Part shown: piece after piece, positions 17,934-27,160 of the stretch | How positions within the stretch are numbered: the stretch's first letter is position 1 | Layout of the letters: every line of letters begins with the position of its first letter | Assembly: GCA_963742075.1 (NCBI GenBank) | Contig: CAVUKR010000012.1 | Coordinates: forward strand, 7,237 to 71,236 | Direction: 5' to 3' | From: an uncultured Chloroflexia bacterium | GTDB lineage: Bacteria; Chloroflexota; Limnocylindria; Limnocylindrales; CSP1-4 | DNA length: 64,000 bases | Notes under the pieces: model-generated | Seen by the model: the letters and a program-made list of their open reading frames with translations, nothing else | Told to the model about the DNA's origin: nothing | Database searches by the model: none | Program-made: the position numbers and the translations under genes

Positions 17934-19697
17934 CTACCGCGATCGCGGCCGGCCCTGGAGCCGCGGCACGAGCTCCGTGAGCTCGGTGGCGACGTCCACC
18001 GGCCGCGCCCCGAGACGCGCCAGCAGGGCGAACACCCCGTCGCGGTCCTCGTGGCAGAGGAGCACCACCACGCGGGCGGCGTCGGCGCGTCCGCCGTGGG
18101 CGCCGGCCCCGGCCGCCCCGTTGAGCTCAGCCTGGAGCGCCTCGGTCTCCGAGTCGTAGACCGGCACGTCGGCGGCCGTGCCACCGCCGGCGACGACCCC
18201 GACCATCAGCTCGCCGACGACCGATTCGGCGGTCCGACCGCGCAGGTACTTGAGGGTCTGCTTGATGACGACCCGTTGCGAGTGCTCGGCGGCGACGCGG
18301 CCGATCCCGCGAAGCGTGTCATCGGGCCGGTCGCCGGCGGTCCCGATGATCGCGGTGATCGGGGCCGCCCGGCCCGCTGCCCCGGCGGCGATCCCCTGGG
18401 CGACGTCGAGGACGGCCTCGACCCCGGCTTCGTTGTGAGCGAAATCGACGATGACCACCTTGGCGCCGAGGCGATACAGGTTGAGCCGGCCCGGCGATCG
18501 CTCGGCGCTCGGGGCGAAGTCGGACAGCCCGTCGCGGACCTGCTCGATCGTCGCGCCGAGGCCGCGCGCCCCGCCGGACGCGGCCATGGCGTTCGCGACG
18601 TTGTGCCCGGCCAGCCCGCCGATCGTGACCGGCACGGCAGCGACGTCGACGATGCGCGTCTCCCGGGCCCCGTTCGCCTCGATGATGACCCCGTCGCGGA
18701 CGAGATAGGCGCGGCCGCCGCGTGCGCGGTGATGGCGGACGACCGTCGAGGCGTCGCCGTCGAGCGTGAACAAGGCGATCCGGGCCGTGACCCGGCGGGC
18801 GACGGCCGCGACCAGCGGGTCGTCGGCGTTGAGCACCACCCAGCCGTCGGGCCGGGTGATCCGGCAGATGGTCGCCTTGACCTCGGCGAGCTCGGGCAGC
18901 GTGTGGATCCCCTGCAGGTCGAGGTGGTCGGACGACACGTTCGTCAGGACGCTCGCGTCGTTCGACTCGTAGCCGACCCCGCGCAGGACGATCCCGCCAC
19001 GTGCCGTCTCGAGCACGGCGACATCGACATCGCGGCGCGCGAGGACCTGGTGCGCGCCGCCCGGCCCGGTCCAGTCGCCGGGCTCGACCATCCGCTCGTC
19101 GACCAGGACCCCGTCCGAGGTGGTGGTCCCGACGTGGTGACCGGCGCGCAGCAGGACGTGGGTGATCAGCCGGGTCACCGTGCTCTTCCCGTTCGTCCCC
19201 GAGATCGAGACGATCGGCATCCGCCGGTCTTCGTCGCGCAGCCACTCGGGCGGCGTCGCCCGCGTGCCGGCGATCCGCTCGGTCCAGCGGGCCAGCAGCC
19301 GCTCCTGGGCGCCGGTCAGCCGGGCGGTCCGCGACGGAGAGACGTCACGGACTGCGAGCGCGATGGCGGCCTCCGTCAGCGTCAGCGCCCGCTCGGCCCC
19401 GACCCACGGGAAGGTGACGATCCAGTGCCCCGGATCGGACGAGCGGTGGACGGCTAGGCCGCCGCGCCCCTCGCCGTGGTCGGCGCGCAGCCGGCGGATC
19501 CAGGCCGCGGTCGCGGCGACCCCGTCGGGCCAGTCGCGAGTCGGCACGGCGGCGCCCAGGTGGACGAGCGCGTGCCGTCCGGGATCTCGTTGCCCGTACC
19601 AGGTCCGCCGCCGCCCGATGGCGACCTCGAGCTTGACCACCGGCTCGAGCCGGTAGACGTTCGGCCCCTCGAACAAGCGGGTCTCGACCAGTCGCAC
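17934..19697 (-). CDS. CphA paralogue: CphA-like N-terminus plus Mur-ligase (M) domain, no ATP-grasp domain
   Basis: RLVETRLFEGPNVY..PVVKL resembles the CphA start; SGTNGKST, GDWTGPGGA, ETARGGI, TNVSSDHL, LNADD, PGRLN, DFAHN, AGDRPD, LRGR; 587 aa with no G-domain motifs. Confidence 0.85.
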   Translation of the reverse strand: MRLVETRLFEGPNVYRLEPVVKLEVAIGRRRTWYGQRDPGRHALVHLGAAVPTRDWPDGVAATAAWIRRLRADHGEGRGGLAVHRSSDPGHWIVTFPWVGAERALTLTEAAIALAVRDVSPSRTARLTGAQERLLARWTERIAGTRATPPEWLRDEDRRMPIVSISGTNGKSTVTRLITHVLLRAGHHVGTTTSDGVLVDERMVEPGDWTGPGGAHQVLARRDVDVAVLETARGGIVLRGVGYESNDASVLTNVSSDHLDLQGIHTLPELAEVKATICRITRPDGWVVLNADDPLVAAVARRVTARIALFTLDGDASTVVRHHRARGGRAYLVRDGVIIEANGARETRIVDVAAVPVTIGGLAGHNVANAMAASGGARGLGATIEQVRDGLSDFAPSAERSPGRLNLYRLGAKVVIVDFAHNEAGVEAVLDVAQGIAAGAAGRAAPITAIIGTAGDRPDDTLRGIGRVAAEHSQRVVIKQTLKYLRGRTAESVVGELMVGVVAGGGTAADVPVYDSETEALQAELNGAAGAGAHGGRADAARVVVLLCHEDRDGVFALLARLGARPVDVATELTELVPRLQGRPRSR

Positions 19698-19740
19698 GGT
19701 CCGGGCAGGATAGCAAGGTGCCAGCCGCTAGACTGCGTGG

Positions 19741-20988
19741 GTGACCGCATCGACCGAACCGCCGCCCCTCCCCTCGGCCGTCGAACTCGACGCGCTGCGG
19801 GCGGCCGTCGGCGCCGACATGCCGGCCTATCTCGCCGATCTCGAACGCCTCGTCAACACCGATTGCAGCAGCTATACACCGGACGGGGTCGACGCGATCG
19901 GCCGCTGGGTCACCGCTTTCCTGGCCGACCTGGGCGCCGAGGTGGATGTTCGCCCCGACCCGGTCGGTCTCCTCGGTGCGACCGTGGTGGCCACGTTCCG
20001 CGGCCGCGTGGACGGGCCGCGGGTCCTGCTGATCGGCCACATGGACACGGTCTTCGATCCCGGCACGGCCGCCGAGCGGCCGTTCCGGATCGACGATGGC
20101 ATCGCCTACGGCCCGGGGGTGACCGACATGAAGTCCGGCCTGCTGGCCGGGCTGTACGCGCTCAAGGCGATCATCACCGAGCGCGGCGGCCTGCCGTTCG
20201 AGCGGCTGGTATTCCTCGCCAATCCGGACGAGGAGATCGGCTCGCCGACCTCGACGCCGCACATCCGCGAGATCGCCGCCGATAGCGACGTCGCGCTCGT
20301 GCTCGAATGCGCCCGCGCCAACGGCGACATCGTCTCGGCTCGCAAGGGCATCCTCGACCTCCGCATCGTCGTCCACGGGCGGGCGGCCCACGCGGGCGTC
20401 GAGCCCGAGAAGGGCCGGAGCGCGATCCTCGAGGCGGCGCGCATCGTCCGCGAGCTGCACGAACTCAACGGACGCTGGCCGGACGTGACCGTCAACGTCG
20501 GCCTGATCGCCGGCGGCTCGCGACCCAATGTCGTCGCCGAGCGGTGCTCGCTCGAAGTCGACATCCGGGCGACGACACGCGAGGCGCTCGAGACCGCCGA
20601 AGCCGAGATCCGCCGCATCGCCGAGGCGACCGAGGTCCCCGACACGATCGTCAGCTACGAGCCGATGGCGCGATGGTGGCCGATGGAGAAGCTCGAGCGG
20701 AGCGGCCGCCTCGTCGAGCATGCCCTGGGTGTCGCGCGGGCCCTCGGGTTCGAGATCGCCGACGCCTCGACCGGCGGCGCGTCCGATGCCAACACCACCG
20801 CGGGGATGGGCGTCCCGAGCCTTGACGGTCTCGGCCCGATCGGTGGCAACGACCATTCGCCCGCGGAGTACCTCGACGTCGACTCGATCGTGCCCCGGAC
20901 CACGATGCTGGCCGGGCTCCTGCTCGCGATCGCCGGCGACCCCGCGGTGATCGCCTGGCGCGGCGACGCCGGCGTCGTCGGGGGATGA
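19741..20988 (+). CDS. M20 family metallopeptidase (carboxypeptidase G2-like)
   Basis: GHMDTV, GPGVTDMKSG, DEEIGS, AHAG, GGASDAN, GGNDHSPAEY. Confidence 0.9.
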   Translation: MTASTEPPPLPSAVELDALRAAVGADMPAYLADLERLVNTDCSSYTPDGVDAIGRWVTAFLADLGAEVDVRPDPVGLLGATVVATFRGRVDGPRVLLIGHMDTVFDPGTAAERPFRIDDGIAYGPGVTDMKSGLLAGLYALKAIITERGGLPFERLVFLANPDEEIGSPTSTPHIREIAADSDVALVLECARANGDIVSARKGILDLRIVVHGRAAHAGVEPEKGRSAILEAARIVRELHELNGRWPDVTVNVGLIAGGSRPNVVAERCSLEVDIRATTREALETAEAEIRRIAEATEVPDTIVSYEPMARWWPMEKLERSGRLVEHALGVARALGFEIADASTGGASDANTTAGMGVPSLDGLGPIGGNDHSPAEYLDVDSIVPRTTMLAGLLLAIAGDPAVIAWRGDAGVVGG

Positions 20989-21374
20989 CCGACCGCCGGC
21001 GGATCTCGTCGGGGAGCCCGTACGAGGCGCTCGCCGGCTACAGCCGGGCGATCGTCGTCGGCGATTCCTGCTGGGTCGCCGGCACAACCGATGCCGGGGC
21101 CGACGGCCGGTCACGCCACCCCGGCGACGTCGCGGCGCAGGCGCGCGCGGCGCTCGACATCATCGAGGGGGCGCTCGACGACGCCGGCTTCGCCCTCGCC
21201 GACGTCGTCCGCACGCGGATGTTCGTCACCGACATCGCGCGTGCGGCCGAGGTCGCCGCGGTCCACGGCGAGGTCTTCGGGGAGATCCGGCCGGTGACGA
21301 CGATGGTCGAGGTCGGGGCCCTGATCGAGCCGAGCCTGCTGGTCGAGATCGAGGCCGAGGCGCGGCGGGGCTGA
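20985..21374 (+). CDS. RidA/YjgF family protein
   Basis: GYSRA, VAGTT, DVVRTRMFVTD, RPVTTMVEV, LVEIEAEA; ATGA overlap with the M20 gene. Confidence 0.9.
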   Translation: MTDRRRISSGSPYEALAGYSRAIVVGDSCWVAGTTDAGADGRSRHPGDVAAQARAALDIIEGALDDAGFALADVVRTRMFVTDIARAAEVAAVHGEVFGEIRPVTTMVEVGALIEPSLLVEIEAEARRG

Positions 21375-21378
21375 CCGG

Positions 21379-21723
21379 TCAGGCGGGGATCGCGGCGAGA
21401 CCGGCGGCCCGCGCGATGGCCACGATGGCGACCGCCGCGACCAGCCCGAGGAGCAGGTTCCGGCGACGGGCGACGATGGCCAGGCAGACGAAGACCGCGA
21501 CCCACTCGATCCCGACATGGAACGACGGGACGTCGTCCTCGCCGACGACGACCATGACGCTCACCGCGGCGAGCGCCGTCAGGACCGCCGGTCCGACCAG
21601 CTGCAGGTAGTCGAGCGCCACGCGCGGCAGGCGGTCGAGGCCCGGGGTGAGCAGTCCGAGGGCCCGCGACGGGTAGGTGACCGCGAACATCAGCACGGCT
21701 AGCAGGACGAAGTCGGCGCTCAT
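21379..21723 (-). CDS. azlD: AzlD-domain membrane protein
   Basis: VTYPSRALG...YLQLVGPAVLTAL; coupled to the azlC-like gene. Confidence 0.8.
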   Translation of the reverse strand: MSADFVLLAVLMFAVTYPSRALGLLTPGLDRLPRVALDYLQLVGPAVLTALAAVSVMVVVGEDDVPSFHVGIEWVAVFVCLAIVARRRNLLLGLVAAVAIVAIARAAGLAAIPA

Positions 21724-22604
21724 TGGTCGGGGGGTCCGGCCGCTGGGGTCACGGTGGTTTCGCGGCCCTCTGGGCTGTCGGCGCCTGCCACTCCCGGTGG
21801 GTGATGGTGGCCGCCGGGCATCGAGTAGCGCTCTGCCGACGCCTCGGTCCCGAGCGGCGCCGTCTCGTGCGCGACTGCCGCCGGGACCAACAGGCCGACG
21901 AGAGGCCCGCTGATGCCGCCCGCAACGATCCCGATCGCCGGGCTCGTGGCGAGCGCGACGACGACCGCCACGATGCCGCCCACGATCGCGGCGACCAGCT
22001 CCCGTCGACCGGTGATCAGCCCGACCGCCAGCCCGACCATCGCGGCCGGGAAGATGACGTCGATCCCGAACCGGGCCGGATCCGGGATCTGGGCACCGAG
22101 CAGGACCCCGGCGAGGGTGGCGAGGTTCCACGGGATGAACGTCGAGCCGATGGCCGCCAGCCAGTACCCACGCTCATCCGCCCGGCCGAGCCGGCGGAAA
22201 TGGCTGATCGACAGCGCGAACGCCTCGTCGGTCAGCAGGTGTGCCATCACGACCCGGCGAGCGAACGGGACCGGCCGGAGCCATGGCCCGAGCGCCGCGG
22301 AGTAGAGCAGGTGGCGCGCGTTGAGGAGCGCGGTCAGCAGGATGATCCCGGGCCAGGCGAGCCCGCTGGCGATGTAGCCGACCGCGGCGAACTGGGCGGC
22401 GCCGGCGAACACGATCGTGCTCATCGCCATGGCCTCGACGGGCGACAGGCCGGCCTGGCGGGCCGACAAGCCATAGACGAAGCCGAACCCCGCCGCGGAA
22501 ACCGCGATCCCGATCGCATCCGTCGAGAGCCGGCGCCGGCTCGCCCGGACCGCGTCGGCGTCGGAGATCGGCGGTTGCGGCGGGGCCGCCGTCGGCCCGC
22601 CCAC
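21720..22604 (-). CDS. azlC: AzlC family amino-acid exporter permease
   Basis: MSTIVFAGAAQF, LNARHLLYS, LLTDEAFA, FGIDVIFPA. Confidence 0.88.
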   Translation of the reverse strand: MGGPTAAPPQPPISDADAVRASRRRLSTDAIGIAVSAAGFGFVYGLSARQAGLSPVEAMAMSTIVFAGAAQFAAVGYIASGLAWPGIILLTALLNARHLLYSAALGPWLRPVPFARRVVMAHLLTDEAFALSISHFRRLGRADERGYWLAAIGSTFIPWNLATLAGVLLGAQIPDPARFGIDVIFPAAMVGLAVGLITGRRELVAAIVGGIVAVVVALATSPAIGIVAGGISGPLVGLLVPAAVAHETAPLGTEASAERYSMPGGHHHPPGVAGADSPEGRETTVTPAAGPPDQ

Positions 22605-22615
22605 GGTCCCTCCCC

Positions 22616-22888
22616 TCAGCGCAGGAACGTCTTGCCGCAGGTCCCGTCGCAGACGACGTAGACGGCGTGCTTCTCGGCCGCGTAGCCGGCCACGTGGAGG
22701 AGGCCCGGGCAGCCCCTGGTCGGGCACTTCCAGACCCACCAGCGCTCATTGGCGTCGAGCGGGGTGGTCTCGCCCGCGAGCTTGCCGGCAAGCCCGTCAC
22801 GTGCGGCGACGAGCGCGGCGATCGCCGCGGATCGCTGGGCTTCGGTCTCGCTCGAGTACGGATAGCTCTGGCTGACGTTCGAGGTCAC
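22616..22888 (-). CDS. Small protein with C-terminal four-Cys zinc-ribbon-like motif
   Basis: 90 aa; WKCPTRGC ... VVCDGTCGKTF; GTG start uncertain. Confidence 0.7.
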   Translation of the reverse strand: MTSNVSQSYPYSSETEAQRSAAIAALVAARDGLAGKLAGETTPLDANERWWVWKCPTRGCPGLLHVAGYAAEKHAVYVVCDGTCGKTFLR

Positions 22889-22991
22889 GGGGCGCTCCGC
22901 GCTGCGGGGATCGGCCGGCGGGACCGGTGGCGGCGTCGTGTGAGCGCAGCCCGCCACCGGCGGCGCGAGTATCGCACAGGGGCCGTCGGCG

Positions 22992-24662
22992 TCACCAGAC
23001 GGCCGGCAGGCCGTCGCTGCGCGGATCCGTGGCCGCCGCCAGCGAGCCGTCCGGGCCGGTCGGACCTCCGTCGACGAGCTCGATCGCGTGCTCCTGGCCC
23101 AGGTGCGCGTCGAACGGCGCGGTCAGGGACACCGGGTGGCCCATCGCCTCGAGCGCTCGCCGCACGCCGGGCGCGAAGCGTGGCTCCATCCGGACCTCGA
23201 CGGGCGGCTCGAAATGGGCACCCGGCTCGACGAACCAGCGCGGCGCGGCGATGGCCGTCCGGAGGTCGAGGGCGCCGTCCACGAGCGCGGACACGAGCTG
23301 GGCATGGATCTGCGGCTGGGCGTCGCCGCCGGCGGCCCCGGCCACGACCCATGGTGCTGCCACGCCGTCCCGGAACAACATCCCGGGGAGCAGCGTGTGG
23401 AGCGGCCGCTTGCGTGGCTCGAGGACGTTCGGGTGGTCCGGATCGAGGCTGAAGTAGCTGCCCCGGTTCTGGAACAGGACGCCCGTGTCGGGGTCGAGCA
23501 CGCCGGACCCGAAGTCCGAGTAGTTGGACTGGATCAGGCTGACTGCGTTCCCCTGGGCGTCGACGGTCGCGAGGTAGACCGTGCCGCCGCCGGGCGGGTT
23601 CGTCGCCGCGGCCGGCCGGGCCGCTCGACGCGGGTCGATCCGCTCGGCCAGCGAGGCGGCATAGGCGGGGTCCGTCAGTCGGGCGACCGGCACGTCGCGG
23701 AAGCCCGGGTCGGTCAGGTGGGCGTCCCGGTCGGCCATCGCGAGCTTGGCCGCCTCGATCCCGAGATGGATCCAGGCCGGGTCGGTCACGCCGTCCGGAC
23801 CGAACGCGGACGAGGGCGGCGGCTCGAACCGGGCGAGGATCGACAGCAGCTCGAGGGCGACGATCCCCGAGCTGTTGGGCGGATGCGTCGTCACGCGGAC
23901 GCCGCGATAGTCGATCGCGATCGGGTCGCCCCAGGTGCATTCGGTGGCGCGCAGGTCCGCGGCTGTGATCGCCGAGCCGGCTGCACCGAGGCCGCGCGCC
24001 AGTCGCTCACCCGGATCTCCCTCGTAGAACGACCCGAAGCCGTCCGCGGCGATCGCCCCGAGCGTGGCCGCGAGGGCGGGCAGCCGGACCCGTTCGCCCG
24101 GACGCCACGGCCGGCCGTGCGGACGCATGATCCGCAGGAACGGGGCGTCGGGACCGATCGCCGCGCGGACGAGCGGCGCCGCCGTCTCGACCACCTCGCT
24201 GAAGCGCGCCGAGGCCGAGAAACCGGCAGTGGCGATCTCGATCGCCGGCGCCAGCAGCGCCTCGGGCCCGAGCCGTCCGAACCGGGCGTGCGCGTCGCCC
24301 CACGAGCGGACCACGCCCGGCACCGTGATCGACAGCCCGCCACGCATCGGGATCGCGTGGAGGCCGGTCGCACGGAGCGCCGCGCCGTCGAGCGACGCCG
24401 GCGACCGGCCCGAGCCGTTGAGTGCGTGCTCGCGCCCGTCGGCCGCGTCCCAGATCAGCCAGAACGCGTCACCGCCGATCCCGCAGCTGTTCGGCACGAC
24501 GACGCCGAGCACCGCGTTCGCGGCGATCGCCGCGTCGACCGCCGAGCCGCCGGCACGGAGGACCGCGACCCCGGCCTCGGTGGCGAGGTGATGCGGCGCC
24601 ACCACCGCACCGTGTGTCCCGCGGGCGAGCGGCACGGGCGTCCAGGGCCGCCCGTCGGTCAC
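22992..24662 (-). CDS. ggt: Gamma-glutamyltransferase family protein
   Basis: GGSAVDAAIA, GIGGDAF, ITVPG, PPNSSG, GGTVYLATVD (nucleophile Thr), FGSG, QNRG, PRKRPLHT, DPRSDG. Confidence 0.92.
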   Translation of the reverse strand: MTDGRPWTPVPLARGTHGAVVAPHHLATEAGVAVLRAGGSAVDAAIAANAVLGVVVPNSCGIGGDAFWLIWDAADGREHALNGSGRSPASLDGAALRATGLHAIPMRGGLSITVPGVVRSWGDAHARFGRLGPEALLAPAIEIATAGFSASARFSEVVETAAPLVRAAIGPDAPFLRIMRPHGRPWRPGERVRLPALAATLGAIAADGFGSFYEGDPGERLARGLGAAGSAITAADLRATECTWGDPIAIDYRGVRVTTHPPNSSGIVALELLSILARFEPPPSSAFGPDGVTDPAWIHLGIEAAKLAMADRDAHLTDPGFRDVPVARLTDPAYAASLAERIDPRRAARPAAATNPPGGGTVYLATVDAQGNAVSLIQSNYSDFGSGVLDPDTGVLFQNRGSYFSLDPDHPNVLEPRKRPLHTLLPGMLFRDGVAAPWVVAGAAGGDAQPQIHAQLVSALVDGALDLRTAIAAPRWFVEPGAHFEPPVEVRMEPRFAPGVRRALEAMGHPVSLTAPFDAHLGQEHAIELVDGGPTGPDGSLAAATDPRSDGLPAVW

Positions 24663-25984
24663 GTCGACGCCTGGCCGGCCAGGCCTCCCGGCTCCGGGGA
24701 GAGGGTGTGCTCCTGCGCGCGCAGCTGTGACAGCGGCACGATGGCGATGCCGAGCAGGATCAGCGTGGCGATGAACATCCCGTCGATGCCGAGCCAGTCG
24801 GCCGCGACCCCACCGATCAGCGCGCCGGTGATCTGGCCCATCGCGAGGAAGACCGAGTAGAGGCCCATGATCGCGCCGCGGTCGGTCGGGAAGCGCTCGG
24901 ACATGTCGGCCAGCAGGCCGATGGCGGCCGGTGTCGCGCCGGCCAGGACGAACAACCCGCCCGCCGCGACGAGGCCGGCCACGACCGCGACAGGCCAGTA
25001 TGTCGTCCAGAGGTGGTTGACCACGATCCCGGCCAGGACGAGGGCGGCGCCCCCGATGACGCCGTAACCGATGATCGTGGTCCGCCGGTACGACTTGAAG
25101 CGGTTGCCCCAGTAGAGCAGGCCTGCGCCGAAGATGGCCGCGATGACGATCGCGCCGATCGTGATCTGGTTGGCGGTGAAGCCGGCCATCAGCGCCTGGT
25201 CCGGGAACCGCGGGTCGCCCTTGGCCAGCTGGAAGACCGACTGGCTCAGCCACACGCCGATCGCCGCGTTGATGGCGATCCAGGTGGGCGCCAGCAGGAG
25301 GACATGCGACGAGCGGATCAGCGCGAGGTAGCGGTCGGCCCGGACGTGCTCGCCGGCGCGCGCCTCGGCCTCGCCCGGCGGGTCGGTGACCCCGAACGTG
25401 TAGATCAGGAAGGAGACGCCGTAGAACGCGGCGTTGAGGAAGAAGGCCGCCGGCCCGATCCCGAGGTTCTCGAAGAACTCGAAGAGCTTGACCCCGACGA
25501 TCGCGCCCAGCCCGAGGCCGGCCAGCGTCGCCCCCTCGAAGCGGGCCGAGGTCTTCCCTCGGAGGCCCTCGTTGCCGGCGGTCGCCATCGCGATGTAGCC
25601 GAGGATCGACGGCACGCTCGCTGCGCTCGAGGCGCCCTCGAGGATGCGCGTCGCGCCAAGCACCACGAGCATGACGATCGCGCCGAAGACCAGGAAAGCC
25701 GGGGTCAGCCCGGTCAGGATGACGGCGGTCGCCCCAAAGACCGGGCCGAAGACCATGATGCGGTGGTGCCCGTAGCGGTCCGAGATGATGCCGAAGAACG
25801 GCGACAGCACGAGCTCCGCCAGGTAGAAGGTCGCCGCATACAGGCCGACCACCTTGCCGTCGATCGACGGCCCGCCGTGCTCGGCCAGGTGGGCGAGGTA
25901 GAACGCGAGCATGGAGCCGGTCAGCCCGGTGCTGAACCGCAGCGTGAACGTGCCGAGCAGCACGGCTCGCAGCGATCGGTCCAT
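24659..25984 (-). CDS. MFS transporter
   Basis: About 12 TM segments, GIISDRYGHHR motif; stop overlaps the ggt start. Confidence 0.88.
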   Translation of the reverse strand: MDRSLRAVLLGTFTLRFSTGLTGSMLAFYLAHLAEHGGPSIDGKVVGLYAATFYLAELVLSPFFGIISDRYGHHRIMVFGPVFGATAVILTGLTPAFLVFGAIVMLVVLGATRILEGASSAASVPSILGYIAMATAGNEGLRGKTSARFEGATLAGLGLGAIVGVKLFEFFENLGIGPAAFFLNAAFYGVSFLIYTFGVTDPPGEAEARAGEHVRADRYLALIRSSHVLLLAPTWIAINAAIGVWLSQSVFQLAKGDPRFPDQALMAGFTANQITIGAIVIAAIFGAGLLYWGNRFKSYRRTTIIGYGVIGGAALVLAGIVVNHLWTTYWPVAVVAGLVAAGGLFVLAGATPAAIGLLADMSERFPTDRGAIMGLYSVFLAMGQITGALIGGVAADWLGIDGMFIATLILLGIAIVPLSQLRAQEHTLSPEPGGLAGQAST

Positions 25985-26085
25985 ACAGGAAGGGTAGCGG
26001 CTCCGCCGGCGCGTCGGACCGGTGTCGGGACCGGCCCGTATCATGCCCACGACATCCGGGGAGCAGCCGCCAGGAGGTACCGCAT

Positions 26086-26934
26086 TTGCGCCGGGTCGCG
26101 ATCTTCACCGATTCCGCGTCCGATCTCGACCCGACCCGGGCCGCGGCGGAGGGGATCTCGATCGTGCCGCTGCTGGTGACCTTCGGGTCGGACACCTACA
26201 AGGCCGGCGTCGAGATGTCGACGGTCGAGTTCTGGGACCGGATGGTCGCGCCGGATGCGCCCTTCCCGAAGACCGCGGCGGCGTCCCCGGGCGAGTTCAG
26301 GGACGCCTTCGAAGCCGCCTTCGAGGCGGGAGCCCGGGCGATCGTGTCGATCAACGTCGCGGGCACCCTGTCGGGGTCGATCAAGAGCGCCCAGATCGCC
26401 CGCGACATGCTGCCCGACCGGGAGATCCACGTCATCGATTCGCAGGGCGCTTCGATGGAGCAGGGGATCCTCGCCCGGATGGGCGTCGAGCTCGCCGACG
26501 CCGGCGTCCCCGCGGCGGAGATCGCAGAGCGCCTGGAGGCGCGGACGGGCGACCTGCGCGTCTACGTCGCCCTCGAGACGCTCGAGTACCTCAAGAAGGG
26601 TGGGCGGATCAGCGGCGCCCAGGCGGCGATCGGGACGCTCCTGTCGGTGAAGCCGATCATCCGGGTGGCGAACGGGGTCGTCGACACGGTCGACAAGGTC
26701 CGGACCCGGTCGAAGGCACGCGAGCGACTGATCGAGCTCATCACCGAGCGCCCGATCGAGCGCCTGGCGATCCTCCACACCGTCAGCCCGGATGTCGAGG
26801 CGTTCCGCGACGAGGTCCTGTCGCGGGCTCCCGGGCTGGACGCCGCGGGCGTCACGATCGGCCTCGTCGGCGCCTCGGTCGGGCCGCACCTCGGCCCGGG
26901 CTGCGTGGGGGCGGCGGTCCTCTATCGAGCGTGA
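26086..26934 (+). CDS. DegV family fatty-acid-binding protein
   Basis: IFTDSASDL, LSGS, VIDS, LEYLKKGGRI, LSVKPII, HLGPG; AGGAGG RBS before TTG. Confidence 0.92.
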   Translation: MRRVAIFTDSASDLDPTRAAAEGISIVPLLVTFGSDTYKAGVEMSTVEFWDRMVAPDAPFPKTAAASPGEFRDAFEAAFEAGARAIVSINVAGTLSGSIKSAQIARDMLPDREIHVIDSQGASMEQGILARMGVELADAGVPAAEIAERLEARTGDLRVYVALETLEYLKKGGRISGAQAAIGTLLSVKPIIRVANGVVDTVDKVRTRSKARERLIELITERPIERLAILHTVSPDVEAFRDEVLSRAPGLDAAGVTIGLVGASVGPHLGPGCVGAAVLYRA

Positions 26935-26948
26935 CCCGTGCCATCGGA

Positions 26949-27024
26949 CATTGCGTCAAGGTTGCGATGGCATTGCAGACCGGTACCATTCGGCAGGTGC
27001 CGAACCGGCGACCCTGGCTATACT
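26949..27024 (+). promoter_or_regulatory. gdh upstream region with phased direct repeats, an inverted repeat and -10 boxes
   Basis: TTGC at 26951, 26962, 26973 (11-bp period); TTCGGCA-gg-TGCCGAA at 26989-27004; TACCAT 26984-26989 and TATACT 27019-27024. Confidence 0.5.
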
Positions 27025-27160
27025 CGGGTGACAGTTGAAGTCGCGCGCCAGCCAGCGACGGTCGCAGGATCGTCCGGCGCGCCCCGTGGAGTCGTCCGGG
27101 AGACGGCCCGAACCGACGGCGGTCCCTTCGCCGTTCGATGCACGTGAGGACATCCGATCC

